A stretch of DNA of 64,000 nucleotides from Puniceicoccales bacterium (GTDB taxonomy: Bacteria > Verrucomicrobiota > Verrucomicrobiia > Opitutales > JAIRLM01). Location of the stretch: the NCBI GenBank assembly GCA_031278455.1, contig JAITKJ010000006.1, forward strand, positions 5,704-69,703, given 5' to 3'. This document shows positions 9,706-18,284 of this stretch, piece after piece. Within the stretch, counting starts at the first letter, position 1. The number at the start of each line of letters is the position of its first letter. The position numbers were made by a program, and so were the translations under genes. The notes beneath the pieces were generated by a model. It saw only the letters and a program-made list of their open reading frames with translations, ran no database searches and was not told the DNA's origin.

Positions 9706-11337
9706 TTAACTCGAGTCTGCTTTACTTTTTGAGTAAATTAACATATATGCATTCATTTTATGAGTTCCGTCACCGCATAAATCAGATATTTCAGCATCTG
9801 TACACCATCGAACGTAACTGTCGTTCATTGCTTGCATCTCGCCACCGACGACTTGAAAACACTCATAATGCCCAGAGTCAGGCCCTCCATGATGGCTGAC
9901 AACACTCCTTAACTCATAGGGCACATCTCCTTCTATTGTTGGTATGTCGAGATTCCTGCCGAAATCAAATTGGTTGTTATCTTTTTGCCCACTTTTGCTG
10001 AATCTATTTATAAGAAATATCAGATAATTCGGACAGCCAAAAATTTTTATTTCCTTCAGGACCTGACCATATTGATTGTCTTCAAGCCGGTAGTCGACCG
10101 TCGTACGAGACCATGCGCCAATGCCATTGGGAAGATCTTTCGCCTCTACATCAACGGGTATACAGTTTGATCTGTCGTCAGAACCCATGACAAATTGTTC
10201 TCCACATGGCCGCCCATCAGCAAGTCGGCACCCAAGCACTTGGTAGGCAACCGTAAATCCATGATTGACTTTAACCGGACAGGCTAGATCCCCTTTCGGC
10301 AAATAGACTTCCGCATCAGCAAGCACCGCCACTTCGTCATTCGTTATGTCGCCGTTGGCTAGTGCTTCATCCACTCGATTATTAGCATCTTTTTGGGACA
10401 TTGCGGCACAACATTCTTCAATATGCCTTAAAAGCGTAATCGTAAATTCATGAGCATCGCACTGCATGCTCGACGGCTTGTTCCATACATTGCGCTCAGC
10501 CAATATGGCTAAAAAAGCTTGCATCAAATCCTCCGAATGCTCTACCGGCCTAGTTCCATAAATGTGTCCAAAAATCTCGCCCAGGAGACGGATAACATAA
10601 AATTTGTTGTCTCCATGAAACACTTTTGCCAAAACTTTAACAATGGCGTGAAAGCGAGGGCAGTTGGCAAGGGCTTGTAGGGTCGCGTTCATGTAACACG
10701 TTGCGCCGAGATTTCGGAGCCCATACACTGGACGCGGATTTGGTGTTGGGTCTGGTGTGGGATTTGGTTGTGGGTCTGGTGTGGGATTTGGTTTTGGGTC
10801 TGGTGTGGGATTTGGTTTTGGGTCTGGTGTGGGATTTGGTTTTGGGTCTGGTGTCGGATTTGGTGTTGGGTCTGGGGTTGGATTTGGTTTTGGGTCTGGT
10901 GTCGGATTTGGTGTTGGGTCTGGGGTCGGTTCGGGTACTGGTTTTGCCTCTTGCTGCGGAATAATAGTCGACGCTTGTTTCTCCTGCTTTACCGTCAAAT
11001 TTTTCGTATGTCTAGCCCGTCCCAGAAACGAAAAAAAGATTTGCGACAGCGGGATCTTATTAATTTTGCAGTAAATGCCGAATACACAAAGATAAATAAA
11101 TCCGACGGCAAAAACAATGGCTAAAATTGTGGTTGCGCCGTTACATGCCGCAAAAGCGCTCCATTCGCACTTGGTAACGCAAATACGGCATAAATTCGAA
11201 ATCTCAGAAACGGCCCGACTTGACAGCCCGAAATAGCTCAATGGGGATATAACGCATGCCATACAAAACGAAGCGGACATTATACAACACTCCACCAGAC
11301 CATCCAAAGGCCATTTGCCGATTAGAGGGCTGGACAC
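9706..11337 (-). CDS. Membrane-anchored USP-family (peptidase C19) ubiquitin-specific protease-like protein
   Basis: Cys box [16 protein letters not shown] (Cys214), His box [18 protein letters not shown] (His490) and the downstream MNDSYV element. N-terminal hydrophobic segments (residues ~20-40, ~66-105) and a ~70-aa PxPxPx spacer (residues 132-202). Confidence 0.85.
   Translation of the reverse strand: MSSPLIGKWPLDGLVECCIMSASFCMACVISPLSYFGLSSRAVSEISNLCRICVTKCEWSAFAACNGATTILAIVFAVGFIYLCVFGIYCKINKIPLSQIFFSFLGRARHTKNLTVKQEKQASTIIPQQEAKPVPEPTPDPTPNPTPDPKPNPTPDPTPNPTPDPKPNPTPDPKPNPTPDPKPNPTPDPQPNPTPDPTPNPRPVYGLRNLGATCYMNATLQALANCPRFHAIVKVLAKVFHGDNKFYVIRLLGEIFGHIYGTRPVEHSEDLMQAFLAILAERNVWNKPSSMQCDAHEFTITLLRHIEECCAAMSQKDANNRVDEALANGDITNDEVAVLADAEVYLPKGDLACPVKVNHGFTVAYQVLGCRLADGRPCGEQFVMGSDDRSNCIPVDVEAKDLPNGIGAWSRTTVDYRLEDNQYGQVLKEIKIFGCPNYLIFLINRFSKSGQKDNNQFDFGRNLDIPTIEGDVPYELRSVVSHHGGPDSGHYECFQVVGGEMQAMNDSYVRWCTDAEISDLCGDGTHKMNAYMLIYSKSKADSS
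10732..10944. repeat. Imperfect tandem repeat, 24-bp unit (about 8-9 copies), in-frame within the USP-like CDS, encoding (PNPTPDPK)n
   Basis: The plus strand reads GGGTCTGGTGTGGGATTTGGTTTT iterated with point variants. The repeat also creates the three spurious + strand ORFs at 10701-11124. Confidence 0.9.
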
Positions 11338-11476
11338 AATTGGGCAATTCTAGTACTTGGAGCACAAATTTTTGCAAGTCGCATTTTTGCTATCGCCATC
11401 ACATTTAGTGTTTTTGCCATTGGCGTTTGCAAACACCAATCTTGCAAAGTTGTCCCAACGATGGAAAATATCTTCC

Positions 11477-12952
11477 ATGCTTAGGCCAAAATTAAAGATC
11501 CTCATGGTCGCTTCGGAAGCGGTTCCATTCGCCAAGGCGGGTGGGCTTGGCGACGCGGTTTCTTCTCTGGCCAACAGCCTTGTCGCCCTTGGTCATGACG
11601 TACGCGTGTTACTGCCACTTTATTCCATCATTCCGCAGAATCTACGGCAAAATTTTCAGCCACTGCCTGGAGTTTTTTCCGTCCACTTGGAATGGGAACA
11701 TTGGGCTAGATTATGGGAATTTACGCCACCCAATGGCCCGCGTTATTATTTCGTCGAATATGACCACTTTTTTTCCCGCGATCGGCTCTATGACGGTCCC
11801 TATGGGGGATTTGAAGACAACCCCAAGCGCTTTGCATTTTTATGCCGTGCGGCTATCGATTTACCAGAATTTCTCCAATGGATACCAAATGTTTACCATG
11901 CACACGACTGGATGGCTGCATTGGTTCCCGTCTATTTAGAAACAGTGGCACGGAAGGGGGCATTGGTACACACTGGCAGTGTTTTAACCATCCATAACCT
12001 GCAACATCAGGGCTATGCGCACCGATCCATCATTAACTATGCGGGGCTCCCAGATGACCTCTGGCGGTCGGATAAATTGGAAGCCTGTGGGGGTGTGAAT
12101 TTTCTTAAAGGCGGCATTTATTTCGCCAACAAATTGACCACGGTAAGCCCAACCTACGCCGAAGAAATCCGCACGCCCGCCTTCGGTTGTGGATTGGAAG
12201 ATGTTTTCCGATTTCGCGGTGGAGACATGGTTGGAATTTTAAACGGTATCGACGAAAATCTCTGGAATCCAGCCACAGATGCGGCCTTGCCGGCAAACTA
12301 TGATATCGAGAATTTGGAGGGTAAGGAACTCTGCAAAATTGATTTTTGTCGCGAACAATTTGGCGACAGGACAACAGACAAGCGTCCACTCTTGGTTGCC
12401 ATTTCACGACTGTACGCACAAAAGGGTTTGGATGTGTTGGGAGATATTCTTCCATGGGTTGTCGAAACCATGGCCGTACGCTTTGCAATTCTCGGCTGCG
12501 GCGACTGGCTTTTAGAAGAGCATTTGGCCTCGGTTGCGCATCGTTTTTCTAATTGTATTTGGTTTTATCGGGGTCATGACGAGACGTTGGCGCGTCGTAT
12601 GACTGCGGCGGCGGATTTTTTTATCATGCCTAGCCGTTTTGAGCCCTGTGGCCTAACTCAGCTTTACTCCATGCGCTATGGGACCTTACCAATCGTGCGC
12701 GCCACGGGCGGGCTGAGAGATAGCGTTGTTTCTCGCGCGCAGGGAGTAGAGCACGCCACGGGATTTGCCTTCAACGATTTAACCCATCAGGCCCTTTACG
12801 ACGTTATTGGGTGGGCCTGCGCCACTTACTATGACCATCCCTATGACGCACTTATCATGCGCCAAAACGGCATGCGCAAGGACTTTTCATGGAATCAATC
12901 CTCCAAGCGGTACTTGGATTGCTATCACTGGGCAATGGATAAAAAATCATAG
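11477..12952 (+). CDS. glgA: Glycogen synthase (ADP-glucose type)
   Basis: MLRPKLKILMVASEAVPFAKAGGLGDAV (KxGGL motif) and a GT5/GT1 C-terminal core (MPSRFEPCGLTQLY). The ATG at 11477 fits family N-termini better than the ORF-track start at 11357. Confidence 0.9.
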   Translation: MLRPKLKILMVASEAVPFAKAGGLGDAVSSLANSLVALGHDVRVLLPLYSIIPQNLRQNFQPLPGVFSVHLEWEHWARLWEFTPPNGPRYYFVEYDHFFSRDRLYDGPYGGFEDNPKRFAFLCRAAIDLPEFLQWIPNVYHAHDWMAALVPVYLETVARKGALVHTGSVLTIHNLQHQGYAHRSIINYAGLPDDLWRSDKLEACGGVNFLKGGIYFANKLTTVSPTYAEEIRTPAFGCGLEDVFRFRGGDMVGILNGIDENLWNPATDAALPANYDIENLEGKELCKIDFCREQFGDRTTDKRPLLVAISRLYAQKGLDVLGDILPWVVETMAVRFAILGCGDWLLEEHLASVAHRFSNCIWFYRGHDETLARRMTAAADFFIMPSRFEPCGLTQLYSMRYGTLPIVRATGGLRDSVVSRAQGVEHATGFAFNDLTHQALYDVIGWACATYYDHPYDALIMRQNGMRKDFSWNQSSKRYLDCYHWAMDKKS

Positions 12953-12958
12953 ACTTTT

Positions 12959-14701
12959 TTATCGCTTGCGCGGGAGAGGTTTTTGGGACATCGATTTTCG
13001 GCCAACGTATTCTGCCACCTTTTTATTATGCGCTTCAATTAATTCTCGATTACGTTTCTGTGCAGCCACCTCTTCTTTTTGACTTTCTCGTAGCGATTTT
13101 CCGACAGCCATCTCGCAGAGTGCAGCCCCGGTCCCAACCGGATTAGTTGGATCATACTTAACCCATTCACTTGTCCGAACCAAATGGTCGTCCTCTGTCC
13201 CGGCTAATGCAAACCAAATGTTGCCGTTCGTGTCAGACATACTGATTGTTGGCAGTGCAATCCCGCATGTGTTTTCGCCAAACTGCACGGGCAGGAAAAT
13301 CCATCCAGTTAGAACGGAAAATATTTTTTCATGCATTTCGCGCAAACTGTCTTGCGGCAAATTCTTAAAAAATTTTAAAAAAACATCCACAGCTTGACGA
13401 TCGGCTTTTATGACCGCCCAAACCGATCGATCTACATCCACGTTGTCTCCTGGAAGTGCGATGCCACGCGACATCTCCGTTTCGTTCTTTGTGCCTGAAG
13501 TGATACCGCTAACAACTTTGTCAATATATGGATTCGTTTTAAGAATTTCTTGAATTTCTTCTGGAATCGGCAACCCTCCGATTGTTTGGTCTTGTTCCTT
13601 AATTGTGATGCGATCTACGCATCCGTATCGTCGAAGTAGATCCATGCCAGTTTGCGGTGAAACGGGCACTGGATGTTCTCGAAGCTCAGCTGTGGCCGCA
13701 TGTCTACATGCTTCGACCTGAGCTTTCACCTTTCCAATATTTTCTTTTTTGCCTTCACTATCTTTGAATGTTTCTAGATCTATCATAGCCAATGGGTCTA
13801 CGGGAAAAGGAAACATTCCAGCAACCTGCTGCGCTTGATCTGCTGTTTTGACGGTCTCTTCGCGCAAAATTTTCAGCGAAGCGTCTTTGTACTGGACGTT
13901 TCGATCAACTGCCGAACCGTCGGTTATTTTCAGAATGGTTTGCGTAACTCCGCTTACAGGAGGTATCGGTTCCATGTGAATGACATCATCAAATTTGCCG
14001 AAGAGATAATCTTTGACGTTCTGAATTGTAGCCAAGATGAGATCAAAAAATGCGAGAACTTCAAAATTGAGGCACTCCTGTCTTTTCAAACGCATGATAG
14101 CGTCTGCGGCACGAATAGCAGCGCCAACAAGTTGCGGCACCTCCTTTATTGACAGAAGCTTCTCCAGGTACTTTGTGACCGCATTGCCATATTTTTTTTC
14201 GTCTGCCGCTCGAGTGGCAAGAGCACTGGTTAAATCGAATACAATTTGTTTTATATTGCTTCCTGCCTCACCAAGTTGCAGGCAATTTAAATCAATTTGT
14301 TTAAGAAGCTCTATCGCGACACCGCAACGCGTGATCGTTTTTAATCCATTTATTACTATAGATGGAAACGTCCAAATATCCCTTTTTTTGACATAAGTAA
14401 AAACAACTGGTGTTGCAAATGCTAGCATCGCGAGCAATGCCCCAAAAGATCCGATTCCAGTAGAAAAAGTAAGGATATATCCAACGATTGGAATCGATCC
14501 AATGGGAAGGACGGTAAAGACAATTCCAAGAGATGAGAAAAACCCAAGGGCAAGAATGGCGATAACAAAACAACGCCCAGCATTTGTTTGGGTGGCAAAA
14601 TTCCAACAGAAATCTAAAAAAGTCGGCCTATTCAGTGCAACAACTGCTGACTTTGTTAGATCATTCGTCAAATCTTGAGGATATGCCGGCTTGAAAACCA
14701 C
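12959..14701 (-). CDS. Hypothetical membrane protein (580 aa) with an N-proximal cluster of hydrophobic helices and a large unknown soluble domain
   Basis: Hydrophobic block CFVIAILALGFFSSLGIVFTVLPIGSIPIVGYILTFSTGIGSFGALLAMLAFATPVVFTYV, followed by ~450 aa without recognisable motifs and a basic C-terminal tail. Confidence 0.65.
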   Translation of the reverse strand: MVFKPAYPQDLTNDLTKSAVVALNRPTFLDFCWNFATQTNAGRCFVIAILALGFFSSLGIVFTVLPIGSIPIVGYILTFSTGIGSFGALLAMLAFATPVVFTYVKKRDIWTFPSIVINGLKTITRCGVAIELLKQIDLNCLQLGEAGSNIKQIVFDLTSALATRAADEKKYGNAVTKYLEKLLSIKEVPQLVGAAIRAADAIMRLKRQECLNFEVLAFFDLILATIQNVKDYLFGKFDDVIHMEPIPPVSGVTQTILKITDGSAVDRNVQYKDASLKILREETVKTADQAQQVAGMFPFPVDPLAMIDLETFKDSEGKKENIGKVKAQVEACRHAATAELREHPVPVSPQTGMDLLRRYGCVDRITIKEQDQTIGGLPIPEEIQEILKTNPYIDKVVSGITSGTKNETEMSRGIALPGDNVDVDRSVWAVIKADRQAVDVFLKFFKNLPQDSLREMHEKIFSVLTGWIFLPVQFGENTCGIALPTISMSDTNGNIWFALAGTEDDHLVRTSEWVKYDPTNPVGTGAALCEMAVGKSLRESQKEEVAAQKRNRELIEAHNKKVAEYVGRKSMSQKPLPRKR

Positions 14702-14811
14702 TAGTTTTTAATACATTAGATTCTAACATTTTGTCAAACTGTATCTGTGCGGAGTGTGCTCGAATTCCATCCACTGGATAAAATTAACTTATGGGCATGT
14801 GCTAAGTTTTT

Positions 14812-16707
14812 TTAAAAAAATAGCGAGGCCGCCCTGGATATGATAGCTGCCGCAAGAAGCGCACCAAGAAAATAGTAGGCAAGGAGTCGCAGGGTCCATG
14901 CGTAGGAACGTATCTCGTGGGCGGTAACGGCGATGGCGGCGCAGCAGGGCGGACTTAGAAAAAATGCACACAAAAAGGCCAAAGCTCCCTGGGGTGATAC
15001 GGATTTGACCAACGACGTTCCGATTGATGCCCACTGCAAATTTTGTGCCAGCATACCATCGGCGGCGGACAGGATGTAACTTGTTTCACCGAATAGAACT
15101 GCAATGCCTCCCAGTGCGGATTCGCGGTTAATTAGTGAGAGCGCGAGTGCCACAAAAAGCTTCCAATGAAGTCCGAAAATGGCGGAGAATCTTGCCAATT
15201 GATTCGTGAAGACATCTGTCTGCATGGAGTTAAATTGGCGCAAAAATGACCACAATAAAAATGCGGTTAACAGAATGGCCGGAATGGATTTAAAAAGCAG
15301 CTGGCCCATTTGGCGAAACACTATCCCAAAAATATTTCTCCAATGGGGCCGGTGGTAATGTGGTAAATCCATGAGCATTTCCGCTGGCATCGACCGGCAC
15401 CCGTTTCGAAAAATGCGGGTGGTGAGAATAATGTGCAGTATCATCAGTAAAAATAAGCCGAGGATAACCCAAACGGCGCGGGAACCGAAAAAGAGTACGG
15501 CGACAAATCCAACCGTTCCCCAGGTGCCGGAGCAGGGAACGACCCAGCAGGCGGCAATGGTAAGCCGACGTTGGTGCGGACAATCGATGACGCGAGCACC
15601 ACAAACGCCTGCGACAGTGCATCCAAATCCGGAAATAAACGGAATGACGCACTTTCCCTGGAGACCAATGCGGCCCATTAGTCCGTCAAAAAGGTAGGCA
15701 ATACGTGCCACGTAGCCAACGTCCTCCATAATTCCGATGACTAAGGTCAACACACCGACAAAAATGAGCAGATACGCGGCAATCGTCAGCCCGGGGAAAA
15801 TCGCACCGTTCAGTATTTCCGCCAGCAATGGAGGAATCCCCGACGCCCCCCCCGCTTTCACTCCAAAATTTGCTATTTTTTGGAGAAAATGCTGCAGCCT
15901 TCCGGCAACGACGGCACTTATGGCAAATCCCGAAAATAGAAAGAAGAAGGCCAAAATTATCCCCCAAACGGGATGCAGTGCCACGTGGTCGAATTTATTC
16001 AACGGCCGATGCTGTAGTGGGCACGCGCATATCTCCATCAGGCGGTCGCGAATCCATTTGTGTCGGTAGCCAGCGATTCGGAGTGCGTCACTACCTTCCC
16101 CAGTAATTTTTTTGCATGCAGCTGTAAATTCCTCGCAACACAGCAATGGGCGTTTGCCCATAAGCCGTTCCAGACCCGCAATGATTTTCGCCCGGCTGCG
16201 GCGGTGCGTTCCAATAACAGGAATCACTGGCACGCCGAGAATGATTTCCAATTTTTGAAAATCGACATCTCGCCTCTGAAATTTCAGGATGTCGATCATC
16301 GTGACAACGATCACAATGGGGATGTTCAATCCCATAAAATCAGTGAGCAGGTACATGCTCCGGCTGAGTTGGGATCCGTCCAGGACCAAAACAATTCCAA
16401 TAGGATTTTCTTTTTGAAGATATGCACAAGCCACCCGCTCCCGGTCCGAGTGTGGACTGAGGCTAAAGACCCCCGGAAGGTCAACAACTGTGTAGGTTTC
16501 TCCGGAACTAGAGCGGCAGACACCCTCCTGAGGCTCAACAGTTTTTCCTGACCAGTTAGCCGTGTGTTGTTTACCGTGGGTAAGTAAATTAAAAATTGTC
16601 GATTTTCCAGTATTAGGTTGCCCGACGATGGCGATATGTGGGGCAGTTTGTGCGTGGTCGGAACACTTGCGGCGGCCCCTAGCGGTCATTTCCATCTTCC
16701 TCCACAA
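14812..16707 (-). CDS. feoB: Ferrous iron transporter FeoB
   Basis: N-terminal G-domain IAIVGQPNTGKSTIFN...DLPG followed by a polytopic membrane domain. It overlaps feoA by 29 nt. Confidence 0.9.
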   Translation of the reverse strand: MWRKMEMTARGRRKCSDHAQTAPHIAIVGQPNTGKSTIFNLLTHGKQHTANWSGKTVEPQEGVCRSSSGETYTVVDLPGVFSLSPHSDRERVACAYLQKENPIGIVLVLDGSQLSRSMYLLTDFMGLNIPIVIVVTMIDILKFQRRDVDFQKLEIILGVPVIPVIGTHRRSRAKIIAGLERLMGKRPLLCCEEFTAACKKITGEGSDALRIAGYRHKWIRDRLMEICACPLQHRPLNKFDHVALHPVWGIILAFFFLFSGFAISAVVAGRLQHFLQKIANFGVKAGGASGIPPLLAEILNGAIFPGLTIAAYLLIFVGVLTLVIGIMEDVGYVARIAYLFDGLMGRIGLQGKCVIPFISGFGCTVAGVCGARVIDCPHQRRLTIAACWVVPCSGTWGTVGFVAVLFFGSRAVWVILGLFLLMILHIILTTRIFRNGCRSMPAEMLMDLPHYHRPHWRNIFGIVFRQMGQLLFKSIPAILLTAFLLWSFLRQFNSMQTDVFTNQLARFSAIFGLHWKLFVALALSLINRESALGGIAVLFGETSYILSAADGMLAQNLQWASIGTSLVKSVSPQGALAFLCAFFLSPPCCAAIAVTAHEIRSYAWTLRLLAYYFLGALLAAAIISRAASLFF

Positions 16708-16984
16708 AGATTGTCTGCGCCTTTCGCCGACTTACGGCAATAAAGCTGTCGCCAATGCTGAGCAGGATGGGAATAAACCGGCGGTTGTATACCACCTCAA
16801 TATGATTCCCAACAGAGATACCTAAGGGCAATAATTTGCCGAGAGAAATTCCATCGCCTTCGATATAGCGGATGCAACAGCATTTATTCTCTTCAACCTC
16901 GTCCAAACGTACCATACGGAAATTAACCCTATATGAAGTGCATGCTGCACACGTGGAAAAGTCAAGCAATTCTAGCATCGGCAC
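16679..16984 (-). CDS. feoA: FeoA-domain protein
   Basis: About 100 aa, immediately upstream of and overlapping feoB. Has the SH3-like FeoA pattern ...LGKLLPLGISVGNHIEVV...IAVSRRKAQTIFV. Confidence 0.75.
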   Translation of the reverse strand: MPMLELLDFSTCAACTSYRVNFRMVRLDEVEENKCCCIRYIEGDGISLGKLLPLGISVGNHIEVVYNRRFIPILLSIGDSFIAVSRRKAQTIFVEEDGNDR

Positions 16985-17003
16985 CGAATCTGCCCCAAAA
17001 AAT

Positions 17004-18227
17004 TCACGTCGCGATTACTTCGCCGGCGGTAGGCACATTGGATTCATCATTGGAGAGTATGGCGCTTACGACGTCATGCATATTCGCGCACGGAGGATCA
17101 GGCAATTTAAAACGCTGCCCAAAAACGCCTGGATTCTGATAGCCCGTAAGAAACGTCAGCGGGAGGTCGGCAACATTTGCAAATTTTTGCAGACGGGTTT
17201 GCAGCTTTGGCATGATGAAACTATAAACCTGGGTAGCGTTTTTTGCCATCCGCGCCTGGCCAATGATTTGCTGGTGGACAGGACCTATTCCATAGGGGTT
17301 GTAGCAAAATGCTTTGCATCCGTATTTTAGCCCAAGAAATTGAGCGAACATGCCTTCAATGTAGCTTCCAGCTGGAATGACGTCGTCTCCATAAGCCATC
17401 AACACATTTTGAAACGCCGCATCGAAAGCTTCTGTGCGCGCATCTTGCCATGGGCATGCGGCGCAGGCCAAAGCAGCCAGCCGTTCCGAACGGTTTGTGT
17501 CAAGCGTGGGAAGGAAGTACGTGGCACCATTTTGCTCAACGGCGATTGCAAAACCAATGCCCAAAGCGGCGTTTTCGAATCGATGAACGGCGATATCCTG
17601 GCCGTTGTCGAGTGTGACCGCGCTTGAGCCGCCAACAAACTCGAACCCAGCCTTTTGAAGAGCAATTTGCTGATTGGCAAGTTGATTTGGCCAGGTGCGA
17701 TTTTGTGATACGGGCTGGCTTTTCCCATGGGCCAATTTTTCACAAAGTTCGCTCGTAAATCGAATGTGTTTCTTATCCTCTGCGGAAAAGTTGCTGGCAT
17801 GAAACGGTATTGGGTCAAGCTGATAACCTGTTTTTTTGAAGGCCGCTTCCGGATCTCTGCTGGCAATTTTGTAGGCAATAAGTGAGAGCACGACAGATAA
17901 GGCCAACAATCCCGCGCTGATGATCCAGCCGATTGGCCCAGAAAGAATTGCAACACCGATTCCCAAAAATTTGAGAACCAAAAAAATCATATTGCTAGCG
18001 ACGGAAATGCCTGTGAGTACCCAGTTCAAAGTATTCCGCACCGTGCTCGATAAGCTTTTTTCGCTTTGTAATAAATTCATGACTGGGATATATCCCGTGA
18101 TACCGCGTGCGTCCGTTGCGCCTAACTCGAGTTTTGTGCTTTTATTTTGCGGTGCCGCGCCAATAGTATAGGGCGTGTCTGTGGAGCGTGCAATCATTGG
18201 TTGCGTGAATTTTAATGAGGCAGGCAA
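17004..18227 (-). CDS. Hypothetical membrane protein; apparent paralogue of the 4136-5254 lipase-like protein with a degenerate nucleophile motif
   Basis: Paired hydrophobic helices LNWVLTGISVASNMIFLVLKFLGIGVAILSGPIGWIISAGLLALSVVLSLIAYKI. The C-terminal AGSYIEGMFAQFLGLKYGCKAFCYNPYGIG aligns by eye with VGHSMGGAFASAIAVKEGISSITFNSMGWG, and FKLPDPPCANMHD with FHLPNCTESAHIH. Confidence 0.6.
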   Translation of the reverse strand: MPASLKFTQPMIARSTDTPYTIGAAPQNKSTKLELGATDARGITGYIPVMNLLQSEKSLSSTVRNTLNWVLTGISVASNMIFLVLKFLGIGVAILSGPIGWIISAGLLALSVVLSLIAYKIASRDPEAAFKKTGYQLDPIPFHASNFSAEDKKHIRFTSELCEKLAHGKSQPVSQNRTWPNQLANQQIALQKAGFEFVGGSSAVTLDNGQDIAVHRFENAALGIGFAIAVEQNGATYFLPTLDTNRSERLAALACAACPWQDARTEAFDAAFQNVLMAYGDDVIPAGSYIEGMFAQFLGLKYGCKAFCYNPYGIGPVHQQIIGQARMAKNATQVYSFIMPKLQTRLQKFANVADLPLTFLTGYQNPGVFGQRFKLPDPPCANMHDVVSAILSNDESNVPTAGEVIAT

Positions 18228-18284
18228 TTTTGTAAAACAAATTGCTGGTTTCGGTACCGAAGCGGTTTTATGGCATCGGTCGAC

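Noticed and set aside
10732-10944. Possible CRISPR array, because of the regularly spaced short repeats
   Set aside because: The units are contiguous with no unique spacers and are in-frame coding sequence. No cas genes lie nearby.
10701-11124. Three overlapping + strand ORFs (87-118 aa) rich in Gly/Val/Trp/Leu repeats
   Set aside because: They are the antisense and alternative-frame readout of the 24-bp tandem repeat inside the USP-like CDS. They are low-complexity, and the minus-strand frame carries clear catalytic motifs.
11357-11476. 40-codon N-terminal extension of glgA in the ORF track
   Set aside because: The extension is hydrophobic and unlike GlgA N-termini. Family proteins begin a few residues before the KxGGL motif, which fits the ATG at 11477.
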